64,000 nucleotides of DNA, taken from positions 224,001-288,000 of the forward strand of contig CAVSTP010000004.1 in the NCBI GenBank assembly GCA_963730935.1, given 5' to 3'. The translations under genes and the position numbers were made by a program. A model generated the notes under the pieces. That model did not search any database and was not told the origin of the DNA. It saw nothing but the letters and a program-made list of their open reading frames with translations. Below are positions 40,919-51,397 of the stretch, in pieces. The stretch is from an uncultured Nitrospiraceae bacterium. Lineage in GTDB: Bacteria > Nitrospirota > Nitrospiria > Nitrospirales > Nitrospiraceae. Position 1 is the stretch's first letter; each line of letters begins with the position of its first letter.

Positions 40919-41696
40919 GTTCAGAGTTCAATTCGTTCCAATGACATTAGCCCTTGGTGTAACAAACCGCAGGTCTTACGAATGAGCTTCTTCCAAATTC
41001 CATAAAGGATGCCCGCACTGATTGGTGCCGTTGTCTATTACCGCCCGATGAGTCATGTAGCCGTATATACCCCACCGAAAGCCGCCCCTCCCACCATCAC
41101 TGTTCCAACTAGTGTAAACCAGACGCCATGAGCGACTATGCTTTTCAGGTCTTCACAGGGTTTGTAAACAGGCATCCGCCTATGGAGTGCCATAGGTTGA
41201 AGCCACTCCTCTAATAAGGTATTCGCACCGAATCAGTGTCCGATTCTGTGGGTTGCTGAGTTAGACCCCTTAGACTTGCACGGGTGTTTTCGCTTCGCGC
41301 TGCAATGGTCACGGATTTAGTCACAGTCTCGAAGTTTGGATTTGCCACTTTATTGCCCGCTGATCCGTAGTCCCTCTTGAAAGGATCGTCACCGAGAAAG
41401 ACGAAGAGTGATTGAAGATGATAATCCCTTTGCAAAGAAAGCGATTGGCAGAGTTTCACTTGTCACAGAGAGCGACTGTTGTGGACTGGCGATCGTGACC
41501 AGAACCGTGACCAAGAAGGGGGCCTTCGGAGGCAGACGGGGGGCCAATGAGGACTCCCACGCCTAGCCAAAGGGGAGAGATCTCAATTACTTTCAGAGGA
41601 GTCAGAGCTAGGTGAGGAACCGAGTATATGGCTGGCAGTGTTAAGGGAGACCAAGCACAATAACGAGCCCACGACGGTAACGGTCTAATTGAGCTG

Positions 41697-41737
41697 TTAA
41701 GGCGAGGGCCCTGGGTTCGACTCCCAGGCGCTCACCA
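41697..41737 (+). repeat. degenerate tRNA 3' half (Lys-like), probable att remnant
   Basis: TTAAGGCGAGGGCCCTGGGTTCGACTCCCAGGCGCTCACCA: intact T-arm plus CCA, no 5' half. Confidence 0.65.
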
Positions 41738-41774
41738 CTAGATTCAATCACAGCATTCATCTGGTCTGTCTGAA

Positions 41775-43943
41775 TTACTTGACGACCATGATCTCCACCT
41801 GGCCGTCCCGGCGGGTCACGGCCAGACCGACATCCTCATGATGGCGGTCGAGAACAAGATCGACAAGGGCATCTCCGATCGCGATGTTGCGGATTTCCAC
41901 TTGTTCTAGAAATGGAGGGAGAACCGGACGGACAAAGCTCAAGCGGCGGCAGGGGGCGTCGATCCGCAGGCCAAGACAGGACTGCAGCAGTAGAAACCCA
42001 GCGGCGGAGGCCCAGGCTTGCGGAGCACAGGCGTTCGGGTAACGAGTCGGGCTCTCGCCCGGTCGCCTTGGGAATCCGCAGAACAATTCGGGCAACCGGC
42101 GGAGTTCGAGAAACAAGCTTGCGTCGAACAGCCCTGTGAGGATCTTCACCGTGCCCTGTTTGTAGCCACAGTGGGCCATACCGGCCGCAATCAACGCATT
42201 ATCGTGTGGCCAGACGGACCCGTTGTGGTACGACATCGGATTGTATCGCGCCTCCGATGTCGGGATCGTCCGGATGCCCCAGCCGCTGAAGGAATCTTCG
42301 GCCAAGAGCGTCCGAGCCGTCATCAGAGCACGGTCGGGTCCTGCGATGCCGGCCAGCAGACAATGGCCGGCGTTTGAAGAGCGAACGCGACAGGGGTGTC
42401 CGTCACCATCTAATGCCAACGCATAGGTTTGGATCTCTTCGCACCAGAAATCCCGTTCGAACCGCTCCCGGAGCGAGTCGGCCTCGGCGACCAGTCTTTC
42501 CGCCTGGTCGGCAACTCCGACCAGACGCGCCAAGTCGGCTGCCGCTCTTTTGGCGTTGTAGACGTAAGCCTGAACCTCGCAGAGTGCGATCGGTCCGCGT
42601 GCGGCTGTGCCATCCGCGTGAAACACGGCATCATGAGAATCCTTCCAGCCCTGGTGCACGAGTCCGTTGGAGGACTGCCGGTCGTAAGTGACGAAGCCGG
42701 TTCCTGTCGGATCGCCGTAGTGATCGATCCAGTGCAGCGCACGCTGGATGTTCGGCCAGATCGCCGTGATGAACTCAAGATCGCCGGTTCGCACATAATA
42801 GGCATCGGCGAGCATGATGAAGAGAGGCGTGGCGTCCACGCTGCCATAGTAGCTCCCAAAAGGGATTTCCCCCAGCGCGGCCATTTCGCCACGGCGGGTT
42901 TCGTGGAGAATCTTGCCGACTTCGGCGTCTCGTTCGGGAATATTTTTGGTCGCCTGGGTGGAGGCGAGGAACCCGAGCACGCCCCGAGCCACACGCGGAT
43001 TGACCCAGAGCATCTCCAGCGCGGTAATGAGGCCATCGCGTCCGAAGGGGGTGCTGAACCAGGGTACGCCTGCATACGGGTAAGGTCCCTTCGGAGTCTC
43101 GGAAATTAACATATCGAGATCCGCGACGGACCGATTAAGCCAATCGTTAAAATGCTCATTGGAGGTATAGATGTGGCAATCCCGCGCCCTAGCAGCTTTC
43201 AGCGCGCAATCCGATTCGGTGCGAGCCTGATCATAGGAAAGAAACACCTGTGAATGCCGGGGCTCGATCTCGCAGACGGTGGCCAATTCCCACGAGACAT
43301 TGCTGCGTGGCGCCACGAAGGATTCGAGTATCAGTCCTCCGACCGCCACTTGGTCCGGGGTTGGCCAGCAACGGACATGGGTCCGGCGAACAACGTGATC
43401 GAGTCCTTCGTAGCCCAGCACGAGTCCCTCGCCGGAGTAGAGCGTCTGCTGCCGTTGACCGCGGCGATCCCGCTGCTGGCCCCTCGCCTCGAACAGGTCA
43501 GCATAATCGGCGTCCACAGCAATCCTGATCGTCAGAGGGAACTCCGAGTTTCCGTAATTGTGAATGCGGATGCGCTCGTGGCACGTTCCATTCCAGAGAA
43601 ACCTTGTGCGGCAGAGATGGATAGTTCCTCGTGGCACGAGTTCCTGTCTATCGGAAGTCAGATCCGGATTGGTGAGGTCGACCGTGAGGAGCGCGTTATC
43701 TTCCTTGACCGACATACTGAGGAGAAGGGGCCTGTGTGTTCCGAGCGTGAGCTCAAACTGAGAAAGAAAACGCGTGCCCTCATGATAGAGCCCCTGCGGG
43801 CCCGGCATGACCTGGTGGATGTCACCGTAGCGATCGAAGACGGCGAATGTTTCTCCGTGCTTCAACACTTCCACGCGGTTTTCGGCCAGCGACGAAGACG
43901 CGAGGATGTAGAACTGATCGTTCCAGCGGATGACATCACTCAC
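41775..43943 (-). CDS. amylo-alpha-1,6-glucosidase / glycogen-debranching-like glycoside hydrolase
   Basis: AGVPWFSTPFGRD, YYGSVDATPLF, QGWKDS, YHNGSVWPHDN and PQAWA; GTGA overlap with the upstream gene. Confidence 0.93.
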   Translation of the reverse strand: MSDVIRWNDQFYILASSSLAENRVEVLKHGETFAVFDRYGDIHQVMPGPQGLYHEGTRFLSQFELTLGTHRPLLLSMSVKEDNALLTVDLTNPDLTSDRQELVPRGTIHLCRTRFLWNGTCHERIRIHNYGNSEFPLTIRIAVDADYADLFEARGQQRDRRGQRQQTLYSGEGLVLGYEGLDHVVRRTHVRCWPTPDQVAVGGLILESFVAPRSNVSWELATVCEIEPRHSQVFLSYDQARTESDCALKAARARDCHIYTSNEHFNDWLNRSVADLDMLISETPKGPYPYAGVPWFSTPFGRDGLITALEMLWVNPRVARGVLGFLASTQATKNIPERDAEVGKILHETRRGEMAALGEIPFGSYYGSVDATPLFIMLADAYYVRTGDLEFITAIWPNIQRALHWIDHYGDPTGTGFVTYDRQSSNGLVHQGWKDSHDAVFHADGTAARGPIALCEVQAYVYNAKRAAADLARLVGVADQAERLVAEADSLRERFERDFWCEEIQTYALALDGDGHPCRVRSSNAGHCLLAGIAGPDRALMTARTLLAEDSFSGWGIRTIPTSEARYNPMSYHNGSVWPHDNALIAAGMAHCGYKQGTVKILTGLFDASLFLELRRLPELFCGFPRRPGESPTRYPNACAPQAWASAAGFLLLQSCLGLRIDAPCRRLSFVRPVLPPFLEQVEIRNIAIGDALVDLVLDRHHEDVGLAVTRRDGQVEIMVVK

Positions 43944-45247
43944 GAACGGCTCTCCCTTAGTGCCGGGGCACAGGCGCGGCTCATCCTCAGGGCCACCAGC
44001 GCGGTGATGAACATCACGACCCCGATCCCGAGCAGACCGGGTCCGGGACCATAGTGCTCGGTAATCCAACCGAACGAAGAGATACCGGCGATCGCGGAGG
44101 TCATGGCGCCGGTTCCATACAGTCCCAGTACCCTACCGATCAGATGCCCAGGCGTCACTTCCTGGATGATCCCCCACGCAATCGGCGTGAAGGCTCCCAT
44201 ACCGCCACCGATCAAGCCCATCAGGATGCCCGCCTGATAGGGATGGGGCGTCCAGGCTAAGGCGCAGACGGCAGCGCCACTGAGCAGGCTGGTACTGAAG
44301 ATCAGTCTGCTGCGGTCTTTGACGGTCCAGCCGGACGCCCACAGGAGCCCGATTGACGTGAGCAGTAATCCGCCCCCTAATGCCGACCACAGATAGCCGA
44401 TCTCCACAGGACCCAGGTCGAGCAACTTTCTGGCGAAGACTGGAAAGAGCGATGTCAGCGCGGCGGTGCCGAACGTATACAGTGCCGCGGTGCCGGTCAA
44501 GAGCAGGATGACGGGACGGTGTACCACACTATAGTGAAATCCTTCAATTAGATCTCGCATCAGCGTCGAGCGGGGAGCTTTTGAGATCACAGTTATCTTG
44601 GAATCGGTGAAGCACGTCAGCGAGAGGCAGAGGGCTGATACGAGGTAGGTGCCGGCGTTGAGGCACAGCACTTCCTGGGACCCGTAGGCGGCGATGCCCA
44701 ATCCGCTCAGCGCCGGACCGAGGATTATCCCCAGACTCGTGGTGCTTTGGAGGAGCGCATTGGCCGCGGTAAACTGGGTCTTCGGAACAATGGCCGGTAT
44801 CGCCGCGGTCAGCGCAGGCCCAAATACCGCGGTGGCGATGGCATGGAGCAGGACGAGGACGTACAGCATGGACACGGTAAACGAATCTACCGCGACCATG
44901 CACGGGACAAAGCCTATCAGCACTGCCCGAAGCACGTCACTGATGATCAGCAGGTATTTCTTGGGCAAGCGGTCAACGTAGACTCCGATGAGTGGGCCAA
45001 GGATAATCGGTGGAATCGTTTGCAGTAATCCGATGATCGATGTCTTTAGCGCCGAACCGGTGATGGCGTAAACGAACCAGAGAAGCGCCAGCCGGGAGAT
45101 GCCGTCGCCGATCTGCGAAATGAGTTGGCCGGACCATACCAGCCCGAAATTGCGGGTGAGCAGCAAAGGGCGATTCCCGGTCGCGAGGAGATCGACTTCC
45201 GAGGCCGCGGGAAGATGACACGCGGAGGGAATGGACCGGCCCTGCAT
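43940..45247 (-). CDS. MFS transporter (DHA3/MefA-like)
   Basis: NFGLVWSGQLISQIGD, GVYVDRLPKK and ~12 TMs. Confidence 0.92.
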   Translation of the reverse strand: MQGRSIPSACHLPAASEVDLLATGNRPLLLTRNFGLVWSGQLISQIGDGISRLALLWFVYAITGSALKTSIIGLLQTIPPIILGPLIGVYVDRLPKKYLLIISDVLRAVLIGFVPCMVAVDSFTVSMLYVLVLLHAIATAVFGPALTAAIPAIVPKTQFTAANALLQSTTSLGIILGPALSGLGIAAYGSQEVLCLNAGTYLVSALCLSLTCFTDSKITVISKAPRSTLMRDLIEGFHYSVVHRPVILLLTGTAALYTFGTAALTSLFPVFARKLLDLGPVEIGYLWSALGGGLLLTSIGLLWASGWTVKDRSRLIFSTSLLSGAAVCALAWTPHPYQAGILMGLIGGGMGAFTPIAWGIIQEVTPGHLIGRVLGLYGTGAMTSAIAGISSFGWITEHYGPGPGLLGIGVVMFITALVALRMSRACAPALRESRS

Positions 45248-46053
45248 CAGCTCTCGCCCCCAAGGCGAACCCGGTCGGTCTTAACGGCTTTGACACCCGG
45301 CACCAAGCGGGCGGCTTCCGCCGCTTCAAGGGCCAGGACCTGGAATCGCACAGCCCCGCTGATCGAAACCACACCCTCTTCGGTCTTCACCTCGAAGTTT
45401 GCGGCCTTCAACGTGGCGCTCTTGGCAAACCGATCCTTGACGAGAGTACTAATGATCTCGTCCTGCTTCTTGCCCAGTACCTGCAGCAGACCCTTGTCCA
45501 CCTCCAGTTTGCTGACGACTGTTTTTGCGTCAGACACCGATCGTGCGATCTCGGTTGCAGCCATCTTTTCCTCCTCACTCGAGACGCGCCCTCCCAGCGT
45601 GATGTTCTGCCCATCCTCCCCAACTTCGATTTCATAACGGAACAAGCGCGCATCAGCGAACAGTGCGAGCTTGACCGTCAGTATCAATGAACCCAATGGT
45701 TTCTTGCGGATCTCTTTCTCTTTTCCCTTCTCCTGGGCCTCGCGTTCGGGTGACACCTCTAATATCGTGGGCGGCGCGCTCTGAGGCAAGGATCTGGGTT
45801 CAGTCGAAAGCTTCGGCGGCTCCGGCTTCGCGGTCGTGATGTCCGGTGGTTGCACCGGTTCGCTCGAAGGCTTCGGCAATGCCGGCGGACTCTCGGGAGC
45901 CTGGGCCTGCTCCGGGAGCGCCCTTTCGGCTGAAAGGGGGAACAGGCAAATCACCAACATCGTGGCACAGAGCAGGAGCCGACAATATGGCGTCATGCGG
46001 GAGCCCTCACTATGACCCGGCAATCTTGGCGGGTGGCTGCCATCGGCATTCAA
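45247..46053 (-). CDS. exported protein with two BON domains
   Basis: Signal peptide, Pro-rich linker and two BON repeats; start uncertain. Confidence 0.85.
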   Translation of the reverse strand: MNADGSHPPRLPGHSEGSRMTPYCRLLLCATMLVICLFPLSAERALPEQAQAPESPPALPKPSSEPVQPPDITTAKPEPPKLSTEPRSLPQSAPPTILEVSPEREAQEKGKEKEIRKKPLGSLILTVKLALFADARLFRYEIEVGEDGQNITLGGRVSSEEEKMAATEIARSVSDAKTVVSKLEVDKGLLQVLGKKQDEIISTLVKDRFAKSATLKAANFEVKTEEGVVSISGAVRFQVLALEAAEAARLVPGVKAVKTDRVRLGGES

Positions 46054-46057
46054 GAAG

Positions 46058-47407
46058 TCAAGGCAGTGCCAGCGTGGATCGCGAAGCGGCTACGATCGTC
46101 GGAGGAGCGAACGCTTCTGGTTCGGTTGTAGGGAGACCGTCCATTTGCGACCTGTACCAGCCAAGCGTACCCACTGCGGCCGCGGTTATCAACAGAATGA
46201 AGCTAATCCCTCCGAGACTAACCCACGGCCCCAGCATGTCGGTGGCCCATCCAAACCCCGCCATTCCCGCCATTGAGGTGGCCATCCCGCCCGTCGCGAA
46301 GCTGGTGAAGACACGGCCGAGCAGGGGAGGCGGCGTCAACTCCTGCAGCATTGACCAGACCAACGGCGTGAACATCGCGGTGCTGGCTCCGATCACGAAG
46401 ATCGCGACGCCAACTGCTAGAGGAGCCTCCAAAAATTCAAGTGTGCCGACGGCGAGCCCGCCCACCGCCAGCGCAACGGAGATGAGGTGCATTCGGCGAG
46501 GGAGGTTGCCCTGAGCGATCGACGCAAGGCCGAAGGAGGCGGTCAGCATACCCACACCGAGCGCGGACCAAAGCCACCCCAGTTGGATCGGGCCAACGGC
46601 GAGCACGTCCTTTGCGAACACCGGCAGCAAAAATACGAACGCACTGATCCCACCGCTGTACAGAGTGGCAGTCAGCATCAACATCAGGACGGTCTTCTGT
46701 TCGACGAACACAAACCGGAACCCTGCGAGTAGATCGGAGGCAACGCCCTCAGTCCAGCCTTTGCCGCTGAGGTTAGCTTGAAGCGTTTCAGGGATCCGTA
46801 TGGGCACCAGGCAGAGGGCTGAAACGAAAAAGGTCGCGGCATCCACATAGAGCACGTTTTGGGCCCCGATCAGTGCAATGCCGATCCCGCTCACCGCGGG
46901 ACCGACAAGCAAGCCGATATTGGCGGTGGATTGCATCAAGGCGTTGGCAGCGACGAGCCGATCCTTGGAGGTGATCAGCGGAACCGCTGAGGCCAGGGCC
47001 GGGCCGAAGACGGTGGAGACCACGGCATTGGCAAACACCAGCAGGTACACACGATCCAGGGTGAGAGCTTCCACCAAGTAGAGTAACGGAATGAGCAGTA
47101 TCATCACGGTCCGCAGCAGGTCGACGGTGATCATGACCGGTTTCTTGCGGAACCGATCCAGATAGACTCCGATCAGCGGACCCAAGAGCAGAGGAGGAAG
47201 GGTCTGCAGTAGTCCAATCACCGTCATCTTGAGGGCCGACCCAGTCATTTCATAGACAAACCAGAGCAGCGCCACTTTGTTCAGGCTGTCGCCGATCTGT
47301 GAGATCGTTTGTCCGGCGAATAGGAGACCGAAGTCCCTCGTCTTCAACAACTCCCACCCTCGGGAACCGGTCTGTGTTTTTTCGTGCGGGGTCCGACAGT
47401 CAGGCAT
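46058..47407 (-). CDS. MFS transporter, paralog of 43940-45247
   Basis: DFGLLFAGQTISQIGD and GVYLDRFRKK. Confidence 0.92.
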   Translation of the reverse strand: MPDCRTPHEKTQTGSRGWELLKTRDFGLLFAGQTISQIGDSLNKVALLWFVYEMTGSALKMTVIGLLQTLPPLLLGPLIGVYLDRFRKKPVMITVDLLRTVMILLIPLLYLVEALTLDRVYLLVFANAVVSTVFGPALASAVPLITSKDRLVAANALMQSTANIGLLVGPAVSGIGIALIGAQNVLYVDAATFFVSALCLVPIRIPETLQANLSGKGWTEGVASDLLAGFRFVFVEQKTVLMLMLTATLYSGGISAFVFLLPVFAKDVLAVGPIQLGWLWSALGVGMLTASFGLASIAQGNLPRRMHLISVALAVGGLAVGTLEFLEAPLAVGVAIFVIGASTAMFTPLVWSMLQELTPPPLLGRVFTSFATGGMATSMAGMAGFGWATDMLGPWVSLGGISFILLITAAAVGTLGWYRSQMDGLPTTEPEAFAPPTIVAASRSTLALP

Positions 47408-48542
47408 GGGGTCCTCGCACCACGTGCAGCGGCCTGTCCTGCGAGTGCCCGTTGGAGGCTCCTTCGAACAGCAAGCCGGATCCGAGAGAGTGGATCTTCG
47501 GGGTTGTCACGGCGACTCGATCTTCGATGATCCGTTCATAGAGGGCGACGTAGTCACGGGCCATCCGGTCCGCGGTAAACCTCTCTTCGAATGAGGCACG
47601 GCAACGCGAGCGGTCGATTTCACCAAGCCGTTCCACAGCACCGACCATTTCCGATAGATTTTCACACACAAAACCGGTGATGCCGTCTTCGATGACTTCC
47701 GGGATGGACCCACGTCGGTACGCCAATACGGGTGTCCCACAGGCGAGGGCTTCGATGAGGACCAGACCAAACGGCTCAGGCCAATCGTAGGGGCAGACTA
47801 AGGCAAGAGCGTTGCCCACGAAGTCGTTTTTTTCTGCGTCCGAGATTTCCCCGATGAATTCGATCAGCGGATGGTCGAGCAGGGGCTCGATCTCAGACCG
47901 GTAATACTGAAGATCCGCCGGGTCAACCTTGGCCGCAATGCGGAGTGGAAGTCCGGTCCGCTTGGCCACCTCAATTGCGTGGTCAGGCCGTTTCTCAGGA
48001 GAAATTCGTCCCAGGAATGCCAGGTAGCCTTGGGATTGTGAATGATGGGTATAGAGATGTCGGGGAAGCCCGTGATGGATGGTCGCGTGCCAGTTCGCCC
48101 AGCGAAGCGGCCGACGCTGGGCGTCAGAGATCGACACCAGCGGCATCTCAGCAAATTCCTGAAAGACCGGCTGCAATTCCGGCAGATCCAGTCGCCCGTG
48201 AAGGGTGGTCACAACCGGCTGAGGATTTCTCCGTGCCAAAGGAAACCCGAGAAAGTCCAGGTGCGAGTGGATTACGTCGAAATCGCCGCTTGCTCCGAGA
48301 GAGCGTTCCTGCAGCATGATCATCGGGGCGTCGCGATTGAAGATGCCGGTATTGAGGCGCAGCGCCTGAGGACACACCGCTTCAAGGCGTCCGGCGGTTT
48401 CAGAATCCCCGCTGGCGAAGAGGGTGACGTCATGTCCCATCTGCACCAGTTCTTCGGTGATGTAGGAGACGATCCGTTCAGTGCCCCCGTACAGCTTGGG
48501 GGGCACACTTTCCCATAAGGGAGCCACTTGTGCAATTTTCAT
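47400..48542 (-). CDS. GT4-family glycosyltransferase
   Basis: MKIAQVAP...PPKLYGGTER, GRISPEK and EPFGLVLIEALACGTPV. Confidence 0.95.
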   Translation of the reverse strand: MKIAQVAPLWESVPPKLYGGTERIVSYITEELVQMGHDVTLFASGDSETAGRLEAVCPQALRLNTGIFNRDAPMIMLQERSLGASGDFDVIHSHLDFLGFPLARRNPQPVVTTLHGRLDLPELQPVFQEFAEMPLVSISDAQRRPLRWANWHATIHHGLPRHLYTHHSQSQGYLAFLGRISPEKRPDHAIEVAKRTGLPLRIAAKVDPADLQYYRSEIEPLLDHPLIEFIGEISDAEKNDFVGNALALVCPYDWPEPFGLVLIEALACGTPVLAYRRGSIPEVIEDGITGFVCENLSEMVGAVERLGEIDRSRCRASFEERFTADRMARDYVALYERIIEDRVAVTTPKIHSLGSGLLFEGASNGHSQDRPLHVVRGPHA

Positions 48543-49720
48543 GAGTTCTTCCTTTCAGAGAAGATGTTGAATGTGAACGAGAAAGAGTGAATGATCGCGC
48601 ATCAAGTATCCCTGATGCCGACCAACAGACCTTGATCGTGGTAGACCGAAGGAGCGTGGCGCGATCCTTGTGCGCGCCAAGCAACTGAGGAGGGCCAAAC
48701 CCATACCAACCTGTCGTATCACCGCACGGAGCTGCCCACCATCTTCACAATCCGGTTAATTATAAACATGCCCGATGTCCGCATCGCCTATGCACGCATC
48801 GTTCTCGGCTAAGTGACCGTCCAAGTGGGGTGACGAAGAAGGGGATATCCAATGGCTACATCAATTAGGGCGGATACCCCTGGACCCGCAACGAGAGCGG
48901 ATTCTCGACTGGACCGAATACCTAATGGAATGATAGACGCGCACGGCGTCGACCGCGGAAGGCCGGTTATCAACCCACTCGTCAAACTCTTTGGATGTAT
49001 ACGAGACCATACAGACTTTTTGAATCGGACAGAATACCTAAAGAAATAAACGAGGGCAGTCGCAACAACGCCGAGCTGGTCAAGGCCTCGGTCGACGACC
49101 TCTCTATAGATGTATGAGAAACCATACAATCCTACAGCGATGAGTTTCTCTATTGCCCACATGAAAGAGGCGATAGTTCGAGCCGTAAAGTAATCCTCGT
49201 CCTACCACGCTGCTACTAGAACAGGACAAACGAGCCCCATCTGCACCCACCTCGGGAGCATCCTGTGTGCTTGTTTCATATGGGGATGGGGTTAGATTTT
49301 CTGAGATTGACTTGCACAAATCGCAGGGAAAGGCGGCGGGCGCTTTAGGGATTGAGAGGTACGTCATTGAATTGCAGATTCGCAGACCGTGTGTAAGGCA
49401 TTGATTAGGGCGGGTTTGTACGGTCGATGTGGCTAGAATGTGGCTATTCCCCTTTGCCCTTAAACGGCAGGTATCCGAACTCAAACGTGTCGGATGCCCA
49501 ACGATAGCGCGACGGCTACCACCCACCCCCCATGCCACCCTTGGGAAGGGGTGTCAAATGCCACGCCGTCGACCAGTCAGGTAAAGCGGCATCCACGGCA
49601 GCCTCAATAAAAAGTGCCTGGCCCGCCACGCGCCGCGAAATTTCGAAAGTTGCCGTTGTCTTTTTCTCATGAAGAAAAGGAAAATATCTCCGTTTTCTCT
49701 GGTGACACCTTTTCTGATTC

Positions 49721-49755
49721 CGGAAGCAGGCGCGTTCCATCGGCGCCTGCTTCCG
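49721..49755 (-). terminator. stem-loop after peroxidase gene
   Basis: CGGAAGCAGGCGC...GCGCCTGCTTCCG 13-bp stem. Confidence 0.6.
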
Positions 49756-49765
49756 AGAGAGGACT

Positions 49766-51397
49766 TTATTCCAGCGGCGGGACGACGCCGGCAAATTTCA
49801 GGAGATCCGTGATCCGGAAGTCTCCAGGAGTTTCCGACGGCAACACAGGCCTCCAGTTCGGCTGGGAGGCAAGGAAAGATTCCCTATCGGCTCCTAAGAG
49901 TCCGATAAAGACTTCTCCCACAATTCGGCTGCCGACCGGCCCCATTCTCAGGCCATTCTCCAATACCTCCGCTTCTTTGAGGATATAGAACCAAAGTGGC
50001 GTTCTCCGTTCCAAGCCAAATGGCTGCAGATCCTCCAGTTGTTCGGGTGTCAACACAGGGACGCCTAGCACACGCGCGATCATTTGGCCGGACGGTAGTG
50101 CAAAATTGACGTGACGCATCAGATTTCTGGAGGCCAGCGATTGAACACCGTCCGTCGGCATTCCAGGAGCGGGACCACGTGTGCCCAACAGGAACATGAG
50201 AACGCTGGAGAGTTTCGCATCGATTTTTTTGTTCTGCCTCACGTTGCCATCGCCAAAATTGAAGAAGGTTTGCCAATCGATGAATCTCCGGGGGGCCCGT
50301 TTCCCACCGCGCATGTCGGGTGGGTCGGGATTATTGGGATCGATGGAGTCGTCAAAGGCAAAGGCGAAGAACGGCGAGCCTCCAGTCGGACCAAAGTTCA
50401 ACCGATAACTGGGGCGTACCTGTGAATGACCGAATCGATAGGCTGCAACGGAAAACTCGATAGGAATAAGCGGATTGCGGCGAGCGTTACGCAGGGTATG
50501 AGTTGAACTTGGGTCCGCCAGATTGTAGATTCGCTGCCCCTGCTGAAGGATGTCGGTCACCCGCTCCTGGCCGATGGTTAAGGGAAGGAACTCATGGAGG
50601 ACGATCCACTGGTAATGCCATCGGACGAGACGCTGGGCAATCTCAAACAGCCTCTCCGGGCGCATATCGGCATGGGAAGGCTGAGCCCGTAGATGATCCG
50701 TCACCGCATTGTGAAACTTCAGCATGGCCACATGAAACTGACTGATGACCACGTTTTCATCGTTACGGCTGTCACCGATGATCGCTTGGAAGTTTCCGTC
50801 TCGGGGTAGATCGTAGCGGACGGCGCCCTTTCGCGAAACGGCTTCAGAACCGGGTAGGATGTCGACGCGCATTTTAATGACACCACCCTCCCGCTGATAG
50901 AGTTGCGGCGATTCTTGCGGCCCATTGCCGTACACGCTATCCAAATCGAACGCCGCAGTGCGGAAATTCGTCGTTTGGCGCGGCTGGCTGAGTTCCCGTA
51001 ACGGTGATTTGAGGTCCAGCGTCAAGTCGTGATCGATAAATTGACCGAAGAAAGTGACACCCGCTGTCATGTTGGGATTGTCGGGATTGTGCGGACTATT
51101 GACTGCAGGGTTCAGAATCGATTGGATCGGATCTGTCAGCACGTCTTTTGCGTCGAGCAGGCCATCCTTGGCACCCAGTTTGTTCATCCGATCCCGAAGC
51201 TCGTCGGTGGGGTGTGCGAAAGGGGGCAATCCAGGAAACAGACGGGTGAACACGTCGTCAGGGCGTGACGGCCTTTCCGGCTCTCGAACGTCTACGGTTT
51301 GGGCCAACACCGTCGCTGACGTGACCGCGAAGACAATCGCGTGCAGAACAGTGGCCATTGCAATAAATGATAGAGAACAGCGGCAATAGCGTGGCAT
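49766..51397 (-). CDS. secreted heme peroxidase (peroxidase-cyclooxygenase superfamily)
   Basis: Signal peptide; FGQFIDHD, GDSRNDEN, AAYRFGHS and PLWFYILKEA. Confidence 0.92.
   Translation of the reverse strand: MPRYCRCSLSFIAMATVLHAIVFAVTSATVLAQTVDVREPERPSRPDDVFTRLFPGLPPFAHPTDELRDRMNKLGAKDGLLDAKDVLTDPIQSILNPAVNSPHNPDNPNMTAGVTFFGQFIDHDLTLDLKSPLRELSQPRQTTNFRTAAFDLDSVYGNGPQESPQLYQREGGVIKMRVDILPGSEAVSRKGAVRYDLPRDGNFQAIIGDSRNDENVVISQFHVAMLKFHNAVTDHLRAQPSHADMRPERLFEIAQRLVRWHYQWIVLHEFLPLTIGQERVTDILQQGQRIYNLADPSSTHTLRNARRNPLIPIEFSVAAYRFGHSQVRPSYRLNFGPTGGSPFFAFAFDDSIDPNNPDPPDMRGGKRAPRRFIDWQTFFNFGDGNVRQNKKIDAKLSSVLMFLLGTRGPAPGMPTDGVQSLASRNLMRHVNFALPSGQMIARVLGVPVLTPEQLEDLQPFGLERRTPLWFYILKEAEVLENGLRMGPVGSRIVGEVFIGLLGADRESFLASQPNWRPVLPSETPGDFRITDLLKFAGVVPPLE

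Noticed and set aside
48600..49560. Short ORFs between GT4 and peroxidase (also 51400-52500)
   Set aside because: No RBS or motifs; likely decayed island DNA
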